NCBI GenBank assembly: GCA_965207065.1
Contig: OZ242260.1
Location: 2,176,001-2,240,000 of the forward strand
DNA: 64,000 nt
Direction of reading: 5' to 3'
Origin: a bacterium
Lineage (GTDB): Bacteria; UBA8248
Shown here: piece by piece, positions 18,595 through 28,823 of the stretch
Numbering within the stretch: position 1 is the first letter of the stretch
How the letters are laid out: every line of letters begins with the position of its first letter
Made by a program: the position numbers and the translations under genes
Notes under the pieces: generated by a model
The model's input: only the letters and a program-made list of their open reading frames with translations
Databases searched by the model: none
Told to the model about the DNA's origin: nothing

Positions 18595-19875
18595 TCAGCC
18601 CAAACGCCTTAAAGCCTTGGCGCCGATGTCTTTTCTCAAATACGCGTCTTCCCAGTAAATCAGGTCGCTCGCCTCGTACGCGCGCGCGATGGCGGCGCGG
18701 ATGTCCATTCCCCTCGCGGTGACGCCGAGCACGCGGCCTCCGGCGGTTACTATAGCGTCTTCGTCGTTCAGGGCCGTCCCGGCGTGGAAGACGTGAACGC
18801 CGGGCATGGCGTCGGCGTCCTCGATCCCGTGAATCGTATCGCCTTTGCGGTAGGCGTCCGGGTAGCCGCCCGCCGCCATGACGACGCAGACGGCGGCGTC
18901 TTGTGAATAGCGTATCGTCGTCTCATGCAGCCGCCCCTCGACGCACGCCATGAGGATGGGCAGCAGATCCCCCTCCATTCGGGTGAGCAACGGCTGGCAT
19001 TCGGGGTCGCCGAAGCGGCAGTTGAATTCCAGCACTTTGAGCTCATCACCCTGCACCATGAGGCCGGCGTAGAGAATCCCCTTATAGGGAGTGCCACGCC
19101 TCGCCATGGCGCGGATGGCGGGCTTGATGACGGTTTCGAGCGCGCGTTCCTCTAAAACGCCCGAGAGCACGGGCGCAGGCGAATACGCGCCCATGCCGCC
19201 CGTGTTGGGGCCGGTGTCGCCCTCGCCGATGGCCTTGTGATCCTGCGCGGAGGCCATGGGAAGCGCGGTTTCCCCGTCTGCGAACGCGAGAAAACTCGCC
19301 TCCTCGCCCTCTAAAAATTCCTCCACCACGCATTTGTCGCCCGCCTCGCCGAACGCTCTTTCCTCCATGATTTGGGATATGGCCGCATGCGCGCTCGGGA
19401 CGTCTGGGCAAAGCAGCACACCCTTACCGGCGGCGAGGCCGTCCGCCTTGACCGCCCACGCGCCGCCGCGCTGCAATACGAAATCCTTCGCCGCGCCTGC
19501 GTCTTCGAAAACGCCGTAGGCGGCGGTAGGGATACCCGCCTCGTCCATCAGGGCTTTTGAGAACGCCTTGCTCGCCTCGATGCGGGCGGCTTCGGCCGAT
19601 GGCCCGAACGCCGGGATTCCGAGCGCTTCCAGTTCGTCTACCAGCCCCAGGGCCAAGGGGGCTTCGGGGCCGACGACGACCAGACCCGGTTTTTCCTCTT
19701 TCGCCAGAGAAAGGAGGTTCGCGATGTCCTCGGCGCCGACGGGCGCATTCCGCCCGACACGGGCTGTGCCCGCGTTACCGGGAGCGCAGACGACTTCCTC
19801 CACGTCGGGGCTTTGGCTGAGTTTCCAGGCCAGAGTGTGCTCGCGTCCGCCCCCGCCGATAATGATGACCTTCAT
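18595..19875 (-). CDS. purD: phosphoribosylamine-glycine ligase
   Basis: GGGGREH, KADGLAAGKGV, QDHK, GPNTGGMGAY and EFNCRFGDPE. Confidence 0.97.
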   Translation of the reverse strand: MKVIIIGGGGREHTLAWKLSQSPDVEEVVCAPGNAGTARVGRNAPVGAEDIANLLSLAKEEKPGLVVVGPEAPLALGLVDELEALGIPAFGPSAEAARIEASKAFSKALMDEAGIPTAAYGVFEDAGAAKDFVLQRGGAWAVKADGLAAGKGVLLCPDVPSAHAAISQIMEERAFGEAGDKCVVEEFLEGEEASFLAFADGETALPMASAQDHKAIGEGDTGPNTGGMGAYSPAPVLSGVLEERALETVIKPAIRAMARRGTPYKGILYAGLMVQGDELKVLEFNCRFGDPECQPLLTRMEGDLLPILMACVEGRLHETTIRYSQDAAVCVVMAAGGYPDAYRKGDTIHGIEDADAMPGVHVFHAGTALNDEDAIVTAGGRVLGVTARGMDIRAAIARAYEASDLIYWEDAYLRKDIGAKALRRLG

Positions 19876-19951
19876 CGGAAGTTCCCGTTAGTGAGTGGTG
19901 ATGTCCACAACCTAAGGCGGAGCGAAAAAGGTGTCAAACGATCCGGACGCA

Positions 19952-20722
19952 TCAGCTCATATCGCCCAGCGCGTGCTGCACGATGGTGAGGAGCGATACG
20001 GGCGCGGTGTCTGCGCGCAGGATTCTGGGACCCAGAGACACCGGCAGGAAACCGCAATCCATCGCCTCTTTCGCTTCCTCGTCCGTGAGATCGCCCTCAG
20101 GGCCCGTGAGGATGGCGACGCGAAGCGGCGCGCCTGCGCCGGCCTCACCCACGCGAGATAGCGCTTCTTTTGCGGGGATAGCGTCTTCTCCCAGATACCC
20201 CATCAACTTGAGGTCGAAACCATCCGTCTCTGCGAGATATTCCGCCAGCCCGCCTGGTGGATGCGCCGTGGGTGGAGGCACGCGGTCGCACTGCTTGGCG
20301 GCTTCCATGACGATGCGCCGCCAGCGGTTGTGACGATCGGCGCTTCTTTTTTCTTGAATCCTCACTTCGCACCGTTCGAGCGCAAGCGGATGGAAGGCAT
20401 CGGCGCCCAGTTCGCAGCCTTTCTGGAGGACCCACTCGAAGCGCTCCCCTTTGAGCAGGGGGACGCCCAAGGCGATTGATGTGGGAGAGGGCGGTCTCAT
20501 CGGCAGGTGCTCGATGATTCGGGCGGTGCTCTCACCGGCGGTTATTTCCGTTAGCTCCACCTTGTACTCGCGTCCATCCTCAGTCGCGGCGCGGCAGATT
20601 GCGCCCGCCCCCATCTTTAAGACGCGGCGGATGTGCGCGGATTCCTCCGCTCCCAGGATGACCTGCTCGCCCTTAACCGCGTCCGGGGGAACGTAGAAAA
20701 GCCGCAGTCCGTCGCGCGTCAT
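19952..20722 (-). CDS. rsmE: 16S rRNA m3U1498 methyltransferase
   Basis: HIRRVLK, QKGCELG, EAAKQC, GPEG and LGPRILRADTA. Confidence 0.93.
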   Translation of the reverse strand: MTRDGLRLFYVPPDAVKGEQVILGAEESAHIRRVLKMGAGAICRAATEDGREYKVELTEITAGESTARIIEHLPMRPPSPTSIALGVPLLKGERFEWVLQKGCELGADAFHPLALERCEVRIQEKRSADRHNRWRRIVMEAAKQCDRVPPPTAHPPGGLAEYLAETDGFDLKLMGYLGEDAIPAKEALSRVGEAGAGAPLRVAILTGPEGDLTDEEAKEAMDCGFLPVSLGPRILRADTAPVSLLTIVQHALGDMS

Positions 20723-21597
20723 GGCTTCGCCACCTCGACGCTGGACCATTCCTCGATTCGGTTCGTTCTCTCGAGGGTGAAACCGGCCTCTTTATAGATA
20801 CGAGCGAGAGTCTCAACCTGCTCGTAGCCGATGCCGGAGAGAACGGCCCGGCCCCCCGGGGCGAGCGCCCCGTGAACCAGCGGCGCGAGTTCCCTGAGGG
20901 CGTCCAGGAAGATGTTCGCCGCGATGAAATCGACCCGGCCCCACCAGTCTTTGAGTGCGCCTGCCGAAAGCGTGGTGCCCAGCGTCGTCATGCGGTCACC
21001 CACCCCGTTTCGCTCCGCAAGCGTTTTGGTCTCCTCCACGGCCTTGGGGTCCAGGTCGAGCGCGACGACGTGTTCTGCGCCATGGAGGAGGGCGGCGACG
21101 CCCAGGATGCCGGTGCCGGATCCTAAGTCCACCATGCGCCCGGGGGGTTTTCTGCCGCATTGGCTCTCAATCGCGAGCAGTACCAGGCGGGTGGAGGGGT
21201 GCCTGCCGGTGCCGAAGGCGAGGCCTGGTTCGAGCGTCAACGCAACGCGCCCCTCGGGCGTCCCGCCTTCATCCCAGGGGGGCTTCACCCAGAGTTTCTC
21301 GCCGTAGGCTTCGCCCTTGAAATGACCGCGCGACTGGGCGATCCAGTCCTGATCCTCGATGTTCCTGAGGGTGATGGCGCTCTTCTCGACGCCCAGTGTG
21401 GCGAGGAGCGCCTCTATCGCGCGGAGTTTTCCGGTCGCGCCGTCTTCAAGAGCGATGTGCGTGATGAGCAGCGATGCGCCCTCCTCACCTTCTCGCTCCT
21501 CAACGGCGGACGCGCCCACATCCAGTATGCGGGCGGCGGTGTCTTCGGCCAGAGCCTCACGAACCTCGATGATGAGTTCGAGCCATTTTTTCGTCAC
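20719..21597 (-). CDS. prmA: ribosomal protein L11 methyltransferase
   Basis: EPGLAFGTGRHPST, DLGSGTGIL, ANI and LSGI. Confidence 0.93.
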   Translation of the reverse strand: MTKKWLELIIEVREALAEDTAARILDVGASAVEEREGEEGASLLITHIALEDGATGKLRAIEALLATLGVEKSAITLRNIEDQDWIAQSRGHFKGEAYGEKLWVKPPWDEGGTPEGRVALTLEPGLAFGTGRHPSTRLVLLAIESQCGRKPPGRMVDLGSGTGILGVAALLHGAEHVVALDLDPKAVEETKTLAERNGVGDRMTTLGTTLSAGALKDWWGRVDFIAANIFLDALRELAPLVHGALAPGGRAVLSGIGYEQVETLARIYKEAGFTLERTNRIEEWSSVEVAKP

Positions 21598-21610
21598 AGG
21601 CTCTCGCGTT

Positions 21611-22696
21611 TTACTCCGGCAGCCGAACCACGGCCGAGCCCGCCGTCGCCAGTTCGCCTTCCTGGTTCGTTCCGGTGATCTCGACCTTCACGGTGCGCTC
21701 GGCGTCGTTTTTCTCGACCACCTCCCCCTTGTGCCAGATGGTGTCGCCGTAGATCATGGGGCGGCGCACCTGGACGTAGAGGTTCTTCAGGAACGCGTCG
21801 TCCCCCATCCAGTTCGTGATGTAGGGGCTCACCCATGCGAAGCGCATGACGCCGTTGTCGAAAGGCCCGGGCATCCCGCGCCCCGAGGCGAGGTTGAAGT
21901 CCTCGTGCTGCTGGGAGTTTTTGACCTTGATCCCGATCTGGGGGATCAGGACGGCGTTGTGCGGCGCTTTCTTGAGGTCGAGATATCCGCGCCTGCCTGC
22001 CTTGTAGGAGGGCCCGTTGCCTGCGTTCCAGGCCACCATGTCGCCGATGGTGAGGGGGCCGCGGAGCATGGACGGGAGTTCATCGCCGACGGACACGTCC
22101 GCGAAGCGGCGCTTCTCGCCCCCCTGTCTTTCTTCCGCTTGATAGGCGTTTTCGATTTCTGTGAATTCCGCCTCCTCGTACTTCTTGACGGGCCTCTCGT
22201 AGAGGAGCGTGTTTCCCTCCTGTAAGGTGCGGATCATCGTGCCGGTGCCCCTGGCGACGACTTCATCCGCCTCGTTCCAGTAGGTGCATTCCGAGATGAT
22301 GAAGATGAGCTGGCGGCCCGCCTTGTTCGTCTTGACGAAGGAATCCTTCTGGACCGACTCCGCGCGCAGTTTGGTTCCCTGGGGGATGGGTTTTTCCCAC
22401 TCGAATTCCACGCCGCCGATTAGGGAGGAGAGGGGCACTTCCATGGGCGCTCCGTGGAGGATCGGGTAAAGGACCGACACCAGAAACGCGGGCGGCGCCA
22501 TGATGTTCCCGTGTGAGGAGCCGGATGCGTATCCGGCGTCCAGCCAGAGCGGGTTGTCGTCGTCGATGCCGTATGCGAAGTGGCGGATGGCGTCGGCGCT
22601 CGCCTCGTTGTTCCATGCCTCGCGCTCGCGCACGGGCCGGCCGTTCAGTGCTTGTGTCTTCTCGATGAACTCATCGATGTGCGCTTGATTCGACAA
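21611..22696 (-). CDS. double-hotdog MaoC/FAS1-like dehydratase
   Basis: AIRHFAYGIDDDNPLW..APPAF N-terminal domain plus a second MaoC domain (G.PGPFDNG..R..W..NWMGD). Confidence 0.75.
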   Translation of the reverse strand: MSNQAHIDEFIEKTQALNGRPVREREAWNNEASADAIRHFAYGIDDDNPLWLDAGYASGSSHGNIMAPPAFLVSVLYPILHGAPMEVPLSSLIGGVEFEWEKPIPQGTKLRAESVQKDSFVKTNKAGRQLIFIISECTYWNEADEVVARGTGTMIRTLQEGNTLLYERPVKKYEEAEFTEIENAYQAEERQGGEKRRFADVSVGDELPSMLRGPLTIGDMVAWNAGNGPSYKAGRRGYLDLKKAPHNAVLIPQIGIKVKNSQQHEDFNLASGRGMPGPFDNGVMRFAWVSPYITNWMGDDAFLKNLYVQVRRPMIYGDTIWHKGEVVEKNDAERTVKVEITGTNQEGELATAGSAVVRLPE

Positions 22697-22804
22697 TGTT
22701 GGATGCTCCTGTGTCTGTTGTTCGTGGAAGTATCGGCTGGTGTATGTTTTCGGAAAAGTTATGTAGCAGGAAAAGCCGGGCGCAACAAGGCGGCCCGCGC
22801 CACC

Positions 22805-23890
22805 TCATTCGAGAAGGGATTTCATTTTATCGAGAAACGTCCGGGTTCGTGGATGGGTGGACGGCGAGGAGATTCTCTGGAACTCGGCCAGAATCTCGCG
22901 CTGGCGCTCGCTGAGCTTGGTGGGCGTTTCGATGATCACGCGGACCTGCATATCGCCCGCGCCCCGTCCCCCTGCAGGCGAGAGGCCCTCTCCTTTCAGG
23001 CGAAAGACCCGGCCCGACTGGGTTCCAGCGGGAATCTTGATACTCCGCGCGCCCTTGAGGGTGGGCGTGAGGGCCTCGTGGCCGAGGGCGGCCTGGGAGA
23101 TGCTCACCGGCAGATCGAAGAGAATGTCGTTGCCCTCTCTTCGGAACAGGGGGTGGGGTTTCGCGCGCACCGTGACGATGAGGTTTCCCGCCTCGCCCGA
23201 TCGCGCGTCCTCATCGCCCTTGCCCCTGATCTTGATCTGAGCGCCCTCTTTGGTCGCGGCGGGAATCGCCACCCCCAGATTCTCCCGGCTGCTCGTGACG
23301 CCTTCTCCCCCGCAGTCCCGGCACGCGAGACCTGTGTGTTCGCCGCTGCCGTCGCAAGCGGAGCAGGGAATGCGCAGCTCCGCGAGGCCCTGTTTGTAGC
23401 GCACCTCGCCCGCGCCCTTGCACGCCGGGCAGGCGCTCATCCGCGCGCCCGCCTCAGCGCCGCGCCCCGCGCATGAGGCGCAGCGAACGCGGCGTGATAA
23501 GGCGATCTCTTTTTCGGTGTCTCGCGTCAATTCCTCGAGCGTCACCTCGACGTGGGCGTGCAAGTCCCGAGACGCGACTTTTTTCTCATCCACAGGTTCG
23601 CGCGCGTTCTTGAAAATATGGGAGAAGATGTCTTCCCATTTTTCCTCGTACTCGCCTCTTTTACGCGAAGATTTCCGCGCGCGAGACGCCCCGCGAAGGT
23701 CCGAGCGTTTCGGGTTTTGGAGGACTTCGTGGGCGATGACGACCTGCTTGAAGCGTTTTTCGGCGTCGGGGTCGCCCGGGTTTCTGTCCGGATGGAATTC
23801 CAGCGCCAGCTTCTTGTAGGCGCTTTTGAGTTGGGAGGAAGAGGGGTTTTTGTCCAGTCCCAGAATCTTGAGAGCGTCGGCGACCTTCAA
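22805..23890 (-). CDS. dnaJ: DnaJ co-chaperone with zinc finger
   Basis: J domain with HPD, four CxxCxGxG repeats and a DnaJ C-terminal domain. Confidence 0.88.
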   Translation of the reverse strand: MKVADALKILGLDKNPSSSQLKSAYKKLALEFHPDRNPGDPDAEKRFKQVVIAHEVLQNPKRSDLRGASRARKSSRKRGEYEEKWEDIFSHIFKNAREPVDEKKVASRDLHAHVEVTLEELTRDTEKEIALSRRVRCASCAGRGAEAGARMSACPACKGAGEVRYKQGLAELRIPCSACDGSGEHTGLACRDCGGEGVTSSRENLGVAIPAATKEGAQIKIRGKGDEDARSGEAGNLIVTVRAKPHPLFRREGNDILFDLPVSISQAALGHEALTPTLKGARSIKIPAGTQSGRVFRLKGEGLSPAGGRGAGDMQVRVIIETPTKLSERQREILAEFQRISSPSTHPRTRTFLDKMKSLLE

Positions 23891-23939
23891 GGAATCATGA
23901 CCTCCGCCGGGGAGCCGGGGATGAAAGCGTTGTTATCGC

Positions 23940-24992
23940 CTATCGCTTACCGGAGGAGAGGAATTTCGACACCGAATCCGCCGTCCATTCCACAAGCGAG
24001 ACGGCGCGATCGTAGCGCATGCGCTTGGGGCCGATGATGCCGATGCTGCCCAGCGGGCGGTCGTCCATATAGTAGCGCTGGGCGACGACGCTGCAATCCT
24101 TCATCTCCTCGAAATCGTTTTCCGAACCGATGAGTATGGTGATGTCCTCGGAGCCGAGGCACTTGTCCAGCAGGCGCACGAGCTTCTCCCGCTCCTCGAA
24201 CGTGCGGTAGAGGGTCTGGAGTTTCTCGGCGTTGGTGGCGAAGTCCGGCTGTGAGAACACGCGTGAGGCCCCTTCCACGAAGAGGGATTCCTGCACGGCT
24301 TCGTTCTCCGAGAGCGCATCGTTGCTGAGCTTGAGGGCCTGCTGATAGAGGGTGTCGAGGTTGTCCCGCGCAAGGGACATCTTCTGGATGATCTTCTCGC
24401 GCACTTCTTTAAGAGCGAGGCCGCTGAACTCATCGTTCAGCATGTTTGAGATTCGGTTCAACTCGTCCTGGCTCACGGGAGTCTCCATCGGGATGACGCG
24501 GTTTTGCACCACCCCGCTCATCGAGACGATGACGGCCAGTGTTTTTTCCTCCGACATCTTCACGAAGTTGATGTGCTTGAAGTGGAGCTGCTCCCCCGCG
24601 GGCAGGAGCACGAGCCCCGCCGTGTTGGTGAGTTCCGAGAGCACGCGCGTGGCCTGCGCGAGCACCTGTTCGATTTGAGCGGCCTGCGCGGAAGCGTCCA
24701 GGCGCATGGATTCCTGCTCCTCGCTCGTGAGGGTATGGGAATCCATCAGGTCGTCGACGAAGATGCGATACCCCAGGTCGGTGGGGAGCCTGCCGGAGGA
24801 GATGTGGGGTTTGGTGAGGAAGCCCGCATCGGCCAGATCGCTCATGATGTTGCGGATGGTGGCGGGGCTCAGGGCGAGGTCCGAATGTTTCGAGAGCGTG
24901 CGGCTCCCCACGGGTTCGCCCGTATCCACGAAAATGTTGATGATGGCGCGCAGGATTTCGCGATTTCTCTGGGCAAGTTCCAGGGCGTCCAT
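23940..24992 (-). CDS. hrcA: heat-inducible transcription repressor
   Basis: TGEPVGSR, SPATIRN.M.DL, PH.SSGR.PT..GYR and IGPKRM.Y. Confidence 0.96.
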   Translation of the reverse strand: MDALELAQRNREILRAIINIFVDTGEPVGSRTLSKHSDLALSPATIRNIMSDLADAGFLTKPHISSGRLPTDLGYRIFVDDLMDSHTLTSEEQESMRLDASAQAAQIEQVLAQATRVLSELTNTAGLVLLPAGEQLHFKHINFVKMSEEKTLAVIVSMSGVVQNRVIPMETPVSQDELNRISNMLNDEFSGLALKEVREKIIQKMSLARDNLDTLYQQALKLSNDALSENEAVQESLFVEGASRVFSQPDFATNAEKLQTLYRTFEEREKLVRLLDKCLGSEDITILIGSENDFEEMKDCSVVAQRYYMDDRPLGSIGIIGPKRMRYDRAVSLVEWTADSVSKFLSSGKR

Positions 24993-25036
24993 ATCGCGAG
25001 TCTCCCGGCGCGGCGTCTTCGTCGCTGAATTTCGGT

Positions 25037-25063
25037 GTGGCACTCCGGCGTATGGAGTGCTAA
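25037..25063 (-). promoter_or_regulatory. CIRCE operator (HrcA binding site)
   Basis: Minus strand reads TTAGCACTC-N9-GAGTGCCAC against consensus TTAGCACTC-N9-GAGTGCTAA, just upstream of hrcA. Confidence 0.93.
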
Positions 25064-25070
25064 TTTATGC

Positions 25071-25099
25071 AAGATATGGAGAGATTTTCCCCCTGTCAA
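25071..25099 (-). promoter_or_regulatory. sigma70 promoter of hrcA
   Basis: TTGACA-N17-TATCTT immediately upstream of CIRCE. Confidence 0.8.
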
Positions 25100-25145
25100 G
25101 CGGGTGATGCCTGGGGCAGGGGTAGTATTTTACCGAGGTAAGCCG

Positions 25146-27374
25146 ATGTCGAACGCATGGACGAGAGCCTTACGGACGATATTCAGGCGATTGCCAGGGC
25201 GGCCTCCGCCGCCGCGCTCAGGGCCTGTGCATGAAGCCGGGGGTTCGGCGCGCTCGCGCATCGCCCAGTCGCGCCGGGCGAACCGGAAGTTCCAGTACTG
25301 CACGATAGGCGCTACGTTCGTTCTGATAGTGGTATTGAGTTTTCTCTCTTACCGGATCTACGTGGACACCAAGGTCGAGATAGAGGAAAGATCCAACCGC
25401 CGGCAACTCCTTCTCGTGGAGCAGGCCGGCGACCGGATCGCCTCCTTCCTCGAGGCGCTCACGGCGACTTTGCGCTACAGCGCGGGGTTTCTGCGCACCA
25501 TCGAACCCGATCATCCAGGGCGTATGGCGGTGATGATGGGACTCTACGAAAGGCTGGGCGGGAGGTTTCGCGTGAGCGAGTTGGGCTACCTGCAGGGCGG
25601 CCACGCGCCGGGCGACGCGATACCGAAGGAATACCTTGAAAAACTGGCGAACTGCCCCTTGTCGCAAGGCGCCTGTATTCTCGTAATTCGGGACGAAGCC
25701 AAAAAGGTTGCCTCCTTGTTCGCGGCGGTGCCCGTGGAGCATAAAGAGGATGGAACTGAAGGGGGAGAAGCGCAGCGAAAGCGCGACTGGCTCTACGCGC
25801 GAATTTCCATGGCGGACCTGGTGCGCGCTTTCGTCGAACCCGTTCAATCAGGAGGCCGCGAGCGGGCTTGGCTCGTGGACGCGGAGGGGAGAATTATCCT
25901 CCCTCCGGGGATTCCCCGGCTGGAGGGCGTAAAATTGTCCACCCTTGCGCTTGAACTGGGGGATGGGAGACTCGAAAAACTCGCCGGGCGCATGCAGAAA
26001 GAAGTGAATGGTTTCGATTGGCACCTCGACCTCAGGCCTGCGAAAAAAGAAAAACGCTTGCGATACCTGACGGCTTTCAGCAACTTCCCGGTCGGGGAGG
26101 AGAAATGGACTTTCGCCCTCACGGCGCCCTCCACCGAGTTCGTCGGCTTGATCGGACGCTTGTTCCGAAAAGGTCTGCTCCTGACGGCTTTCGGGTTCGT
26201 CGCCCTGGTTCTGGCCGCTCTCTTGATACTCGACCGCGAGCGCAGACGCATACGGGCCGAGGACAGAATCCACTGGTCCGAGCAGGTGCTGGAGAGCAAC
26301 AGGCGTCTCCAGGCGCTGTTCGACGGTATCACGGACGCCATCGGCATTCTGGACAAGGACTTCCGCATCCGGATGCTCAACCGCTCGATGGGCAGGCTCT
26401 TCGGACGCGATGTATCCGATTTGCTGGATCAGAAATGGGAGGATTCGCCGCTCACCACAGTGCCGGAGTCTTTCGTCGAGCGGTCCCTCGTGATCGAGAC
26501 GTTCGAGACCGGCGAACCGGGATTTTTCGAAAAATCGATAACGTGGGAGGATGGCCGCCGGATGGATATGGAATACTATACCTATCCGATTCTCGACGCC
26601 TCGGGGGCGACGCTCCAGGTGATTTTGTATTTGAAGGACGTGACCGAGCGCAAGGCGCTCGAAAACGAGGTTCTCCAAAGCGAGAGGCTCTCGGTTGTGG
26701 GCAAGATGAGCGAGCAGGTGGCGCATTCCATACGCAATCCGCTCTCGGCCATCAACCTGAACGCGGAATTGCTCGGTGATGAGTTGTCGCAATTCAAGGA
26801 GGCGGACACCTCCGAGGCTTGGACGCTACTCAAATCCGTACGGGCGGAAGTGGATATCCTCAGGCAGGTGACGGCCGATTATCTCAAATTCGTGCGAATG
26901 CCCAGTCTGGAGAGAACGTCTTTAGACTGCAACGAGATGATCGAGGATTTACTGGACCTGCATGCGGAAGTGGCGGCGAGCAGAAAAATCCACATTGAAA
27001 AGCAACTTGAACGGGACATTCCCGAGGTGATCCTGGATGAAACGCAGATGCGCGTCGCGATTCAGAACCTCATCTCGAACGGCTTCGACGCGATGCCCGA
27101 CGGCGGTCGCCTCCTGGTGAAGACCGAACTGGAAAACCAGCATCTCGCCATCCGGATATCGGACAGCGGAGAAGGCATCTGCCACGAGGAGCAGGCTTCG
27201 TTGTTCACGCCGTTTTTCACGACCAAAGTGGACGGAACCGGCCTCGGCCTCGTTTTGAGCCGCCAAATCATCACCGAGCACGGGGGGAGCATCCACTTCG
27301 AGAGCGAGGAGGGGGAGGGCGCCACTTTCATCGTCGAACTCCCGCTCCCGGTTGCGCTGGAGGCGAAGACATGA
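25146..27374 (+). CDS. membrane sensor histidine kinase (periplasmic domain, PAS, HisKA, HATPase)
   Basis: Two TM segments, a PAS domain, H-box AHSIRNPL and N/G1/F/G2 boxes (NLISNG, DSGEGI, FTPFFTTK, GTGLGL). Start uncertain. Confidence 0.9.
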   Translation: MSNAWTRALRTIFRRLPGRPPPPRSGPVHEAGGSARSRIAQSRRANRKFQYCTIGATFVLIVVLSFLSYRIYVDTKVEIEERSNRRQLLLVEQAGDRIASFLEALTATLRYSAGFLRTIEPDHPGRMAVMMGLYERLGGRFRVSELGYLQGGHAPGDAIPKEYLEKLANCPLSQGACILVIRDEAKKVASLFAAVPVEHKEDGTEGGEAQRKRDWLYARISMADLVRAFVEPVQSGGRERAWLVDAEGRIILPPGIPRLEGVKLSTLALELGDGRLEKLAGRMQKEVNGFDWHLDLRPAKKEKRLRYLTAFSNFPVGEEKWTFALTAPSTEFVGLIGRLFRKGLLLTAFGFVALVLAALLILDRERRRIRAEDRIHWSEQVLESNRRLQALFDGITDAIGILDKDFRIRMLNRSMGRLFGRDVSDLLDQKWEDSPLTTVPESFVERSLVIETFETGEPGFFEKSITWEDGRRMDMEYYTYPILDASGATLQVILYLKDVTERKALENEVLQSERLSVVGKMSEQVAHSIRNPLSAINLNAELLGDELSQFKEADTSEAWTLLKSVRAEVDILRQVTADYLKFVRMPSLERTSLDCNEMIEDLLDLHAEVAASRKIHIEKQLERDIPEVILDETQMRVAIQNLISNGFDAMPDGGRLLVKTELENQHLAIRISDSGEGICHEEQASLFTPFFTTKVDGTGLGLVLSRQIITEHGGSIHFESEEGEGATFIVELPLPVALEAKT

Positions 27375-28750
27375 ACGACCACGCCGGAGCGCGCGTGCTG
27401 GTTGTGGACGATAAGCGCGGCAGCCGCGAAGCTCTCCAGAAGATGATCGCCAAGGAAGGGTTCGACGTCACGATGGCCCACGACGCGGAGACCGCCGCCG
27501 GGATGTTCGGCGCAGAGCCCGCAAATCTGGTGATCACTGATCTCAGAATGCCCGGGATGGACGGCATCGGTTTGCTGAAAGAGGTGAAGCGCCTCAGCCC
27601 GGAAACGGAAGTGATTCTGATCTCGGGCGCCGGGAGCATCGAGTCGGCCGTCGAGGCGATGCGCGAGGGGGCGTATGATTTTCTGACCAAGCCTTTGGAG
27701 CGCCTGGTTGTACTCAAGGCGATAGACAAGGCGCTTGAAAAACAAGCCCTTATGCGCGAGAACGCGGACTTGAGGGCGCAGCTCCAGAGCCTGAGAGACA
27801 CATCGGGCATGATGGGGGATCACCCCTCGATTCGCCGGGTGAAGGACATGGTCCGCCAGGTCGCGCCCACATCCGCCACGGTCCTGATTCTGGGCGAGAG
27901 CGGTACGGGCAAGGAACTAGTGGCGAATGCCATCCACGAGGGGAGCGAGAGGTCGGGCAAGGCGATGGTGAAGGTGAACTGCGCCGCGTTGCCTGAAACG
28001 CTCCTTGAGAGCGAACTGTTCGGCTACGAGCGCGGGGCGTTTACGGGCGCGGTAGGCCGAAAGGAGGGCCGCTTCAAGATCGCGCACGAGGGCACGCTGT
28101 TTCTCGATGAAATCGGGGACATGCCTCTCGTCCTTCAGCCGAAGATTCTCCGTGTTTTGCAGGAAGGAGAATTCGAGCGCGTCGGCGGAACGGAGACTTT
28201 GAAGGTAGATGCGCGAATCGTGGCCTCCACGAACGCGGAATTGCAAACCGCCGTGGCCGAGAAGAGGTTTCGCGAGGATTTATATTATCGCCTGAACGTG
28301 ATCACCATACACATGCCCGCCCTGAGGGATCGGCGAAGCGATATTCCACTGCTCGCCGAGCATTTCCTCCAGCGCCTGGCCGCGAAAAACAACCGGCCCG
28401 TTCTCGCATTTTCGCGCGAGGCGCTCGATGCGATGTCGAATTACCATTGGCCGGGAAATGTGCGCGAACTCGAAAACATGGTGGAGCGCGCCGTGGTGCT
28501 GAGCCGCGGAGAGATTCTCTCGGTGGATGACCTGCCTGCGCAAATTGCCCGGGGCGAGCCCGTAAACGGGGAGCAGTCCGTGGCGTCGGACTTGCCGCTC
28601 ATCAACCTGGAAGTCGGCACCCCGCTCGCGGAAGTCGAGCGGCGGGTCATTCTGGAAACACTCCGGCATACGGGCGGTGACAAGAGCGCCGCCGCACGCC
28701 TTCTGGGAATCGCCACGCGCACCATTTACCGGAAACTGGACGGAAGCTGA
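27371..28750 (+). CDS. sigma54-dependent NtrC/AtoC-family response regulator
   Basis: Receiver domain (DD, DLRMPG), GESGTGKE, ELFGYERGAFTGA, WPGNVRELEN and a Fis-type HTH. Confidence 0.95.
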   Translation: MNDHAGARVLVVDDKRGSREALQKMIAKEGFDVTMAHDAETAAGMFGAEPANLVITDLRMPGMDGIGLLKEVKRLSPETEVILISGAGSIESAVEAMREGAYDFLTKPLERLVVLKAIDKALEKQALMRENADLRAQLQSLRDTSGMMGDHPSIRRVKDMVRQVAPTSATVLILGESGTGKELVANAIHEGSERSGKAMVKVNCAALPETLLESELFGYERGAFTGAVGRKEGRFKIAHEGTLFLDEIGDMPLVLQPKILRVLQEGEFERVGGTETLKVDARIVASTNAELQTAVAEKRFREDLYYRLNVITIHMPALRDRRSDIPLLAEHFLQRLAAKNNRPVLAFSREALDAMSNYHWPGNVRELENMVERAVVLSRGEILSVDDLPAQIARGEPVNGEQSVASDLPLINLEVGTPLAEVERRVILETLRHTGGDKSAAARLLGIATRTIYRKLDGS

Positions 28751-28823
28751 TCGCTCGCGCATCGCTCGTTTCATGAGCGGGTTGTGGTAAGGTGTTGCGC
28801 GTGAATTTTCTGGGAGTTTGCCG

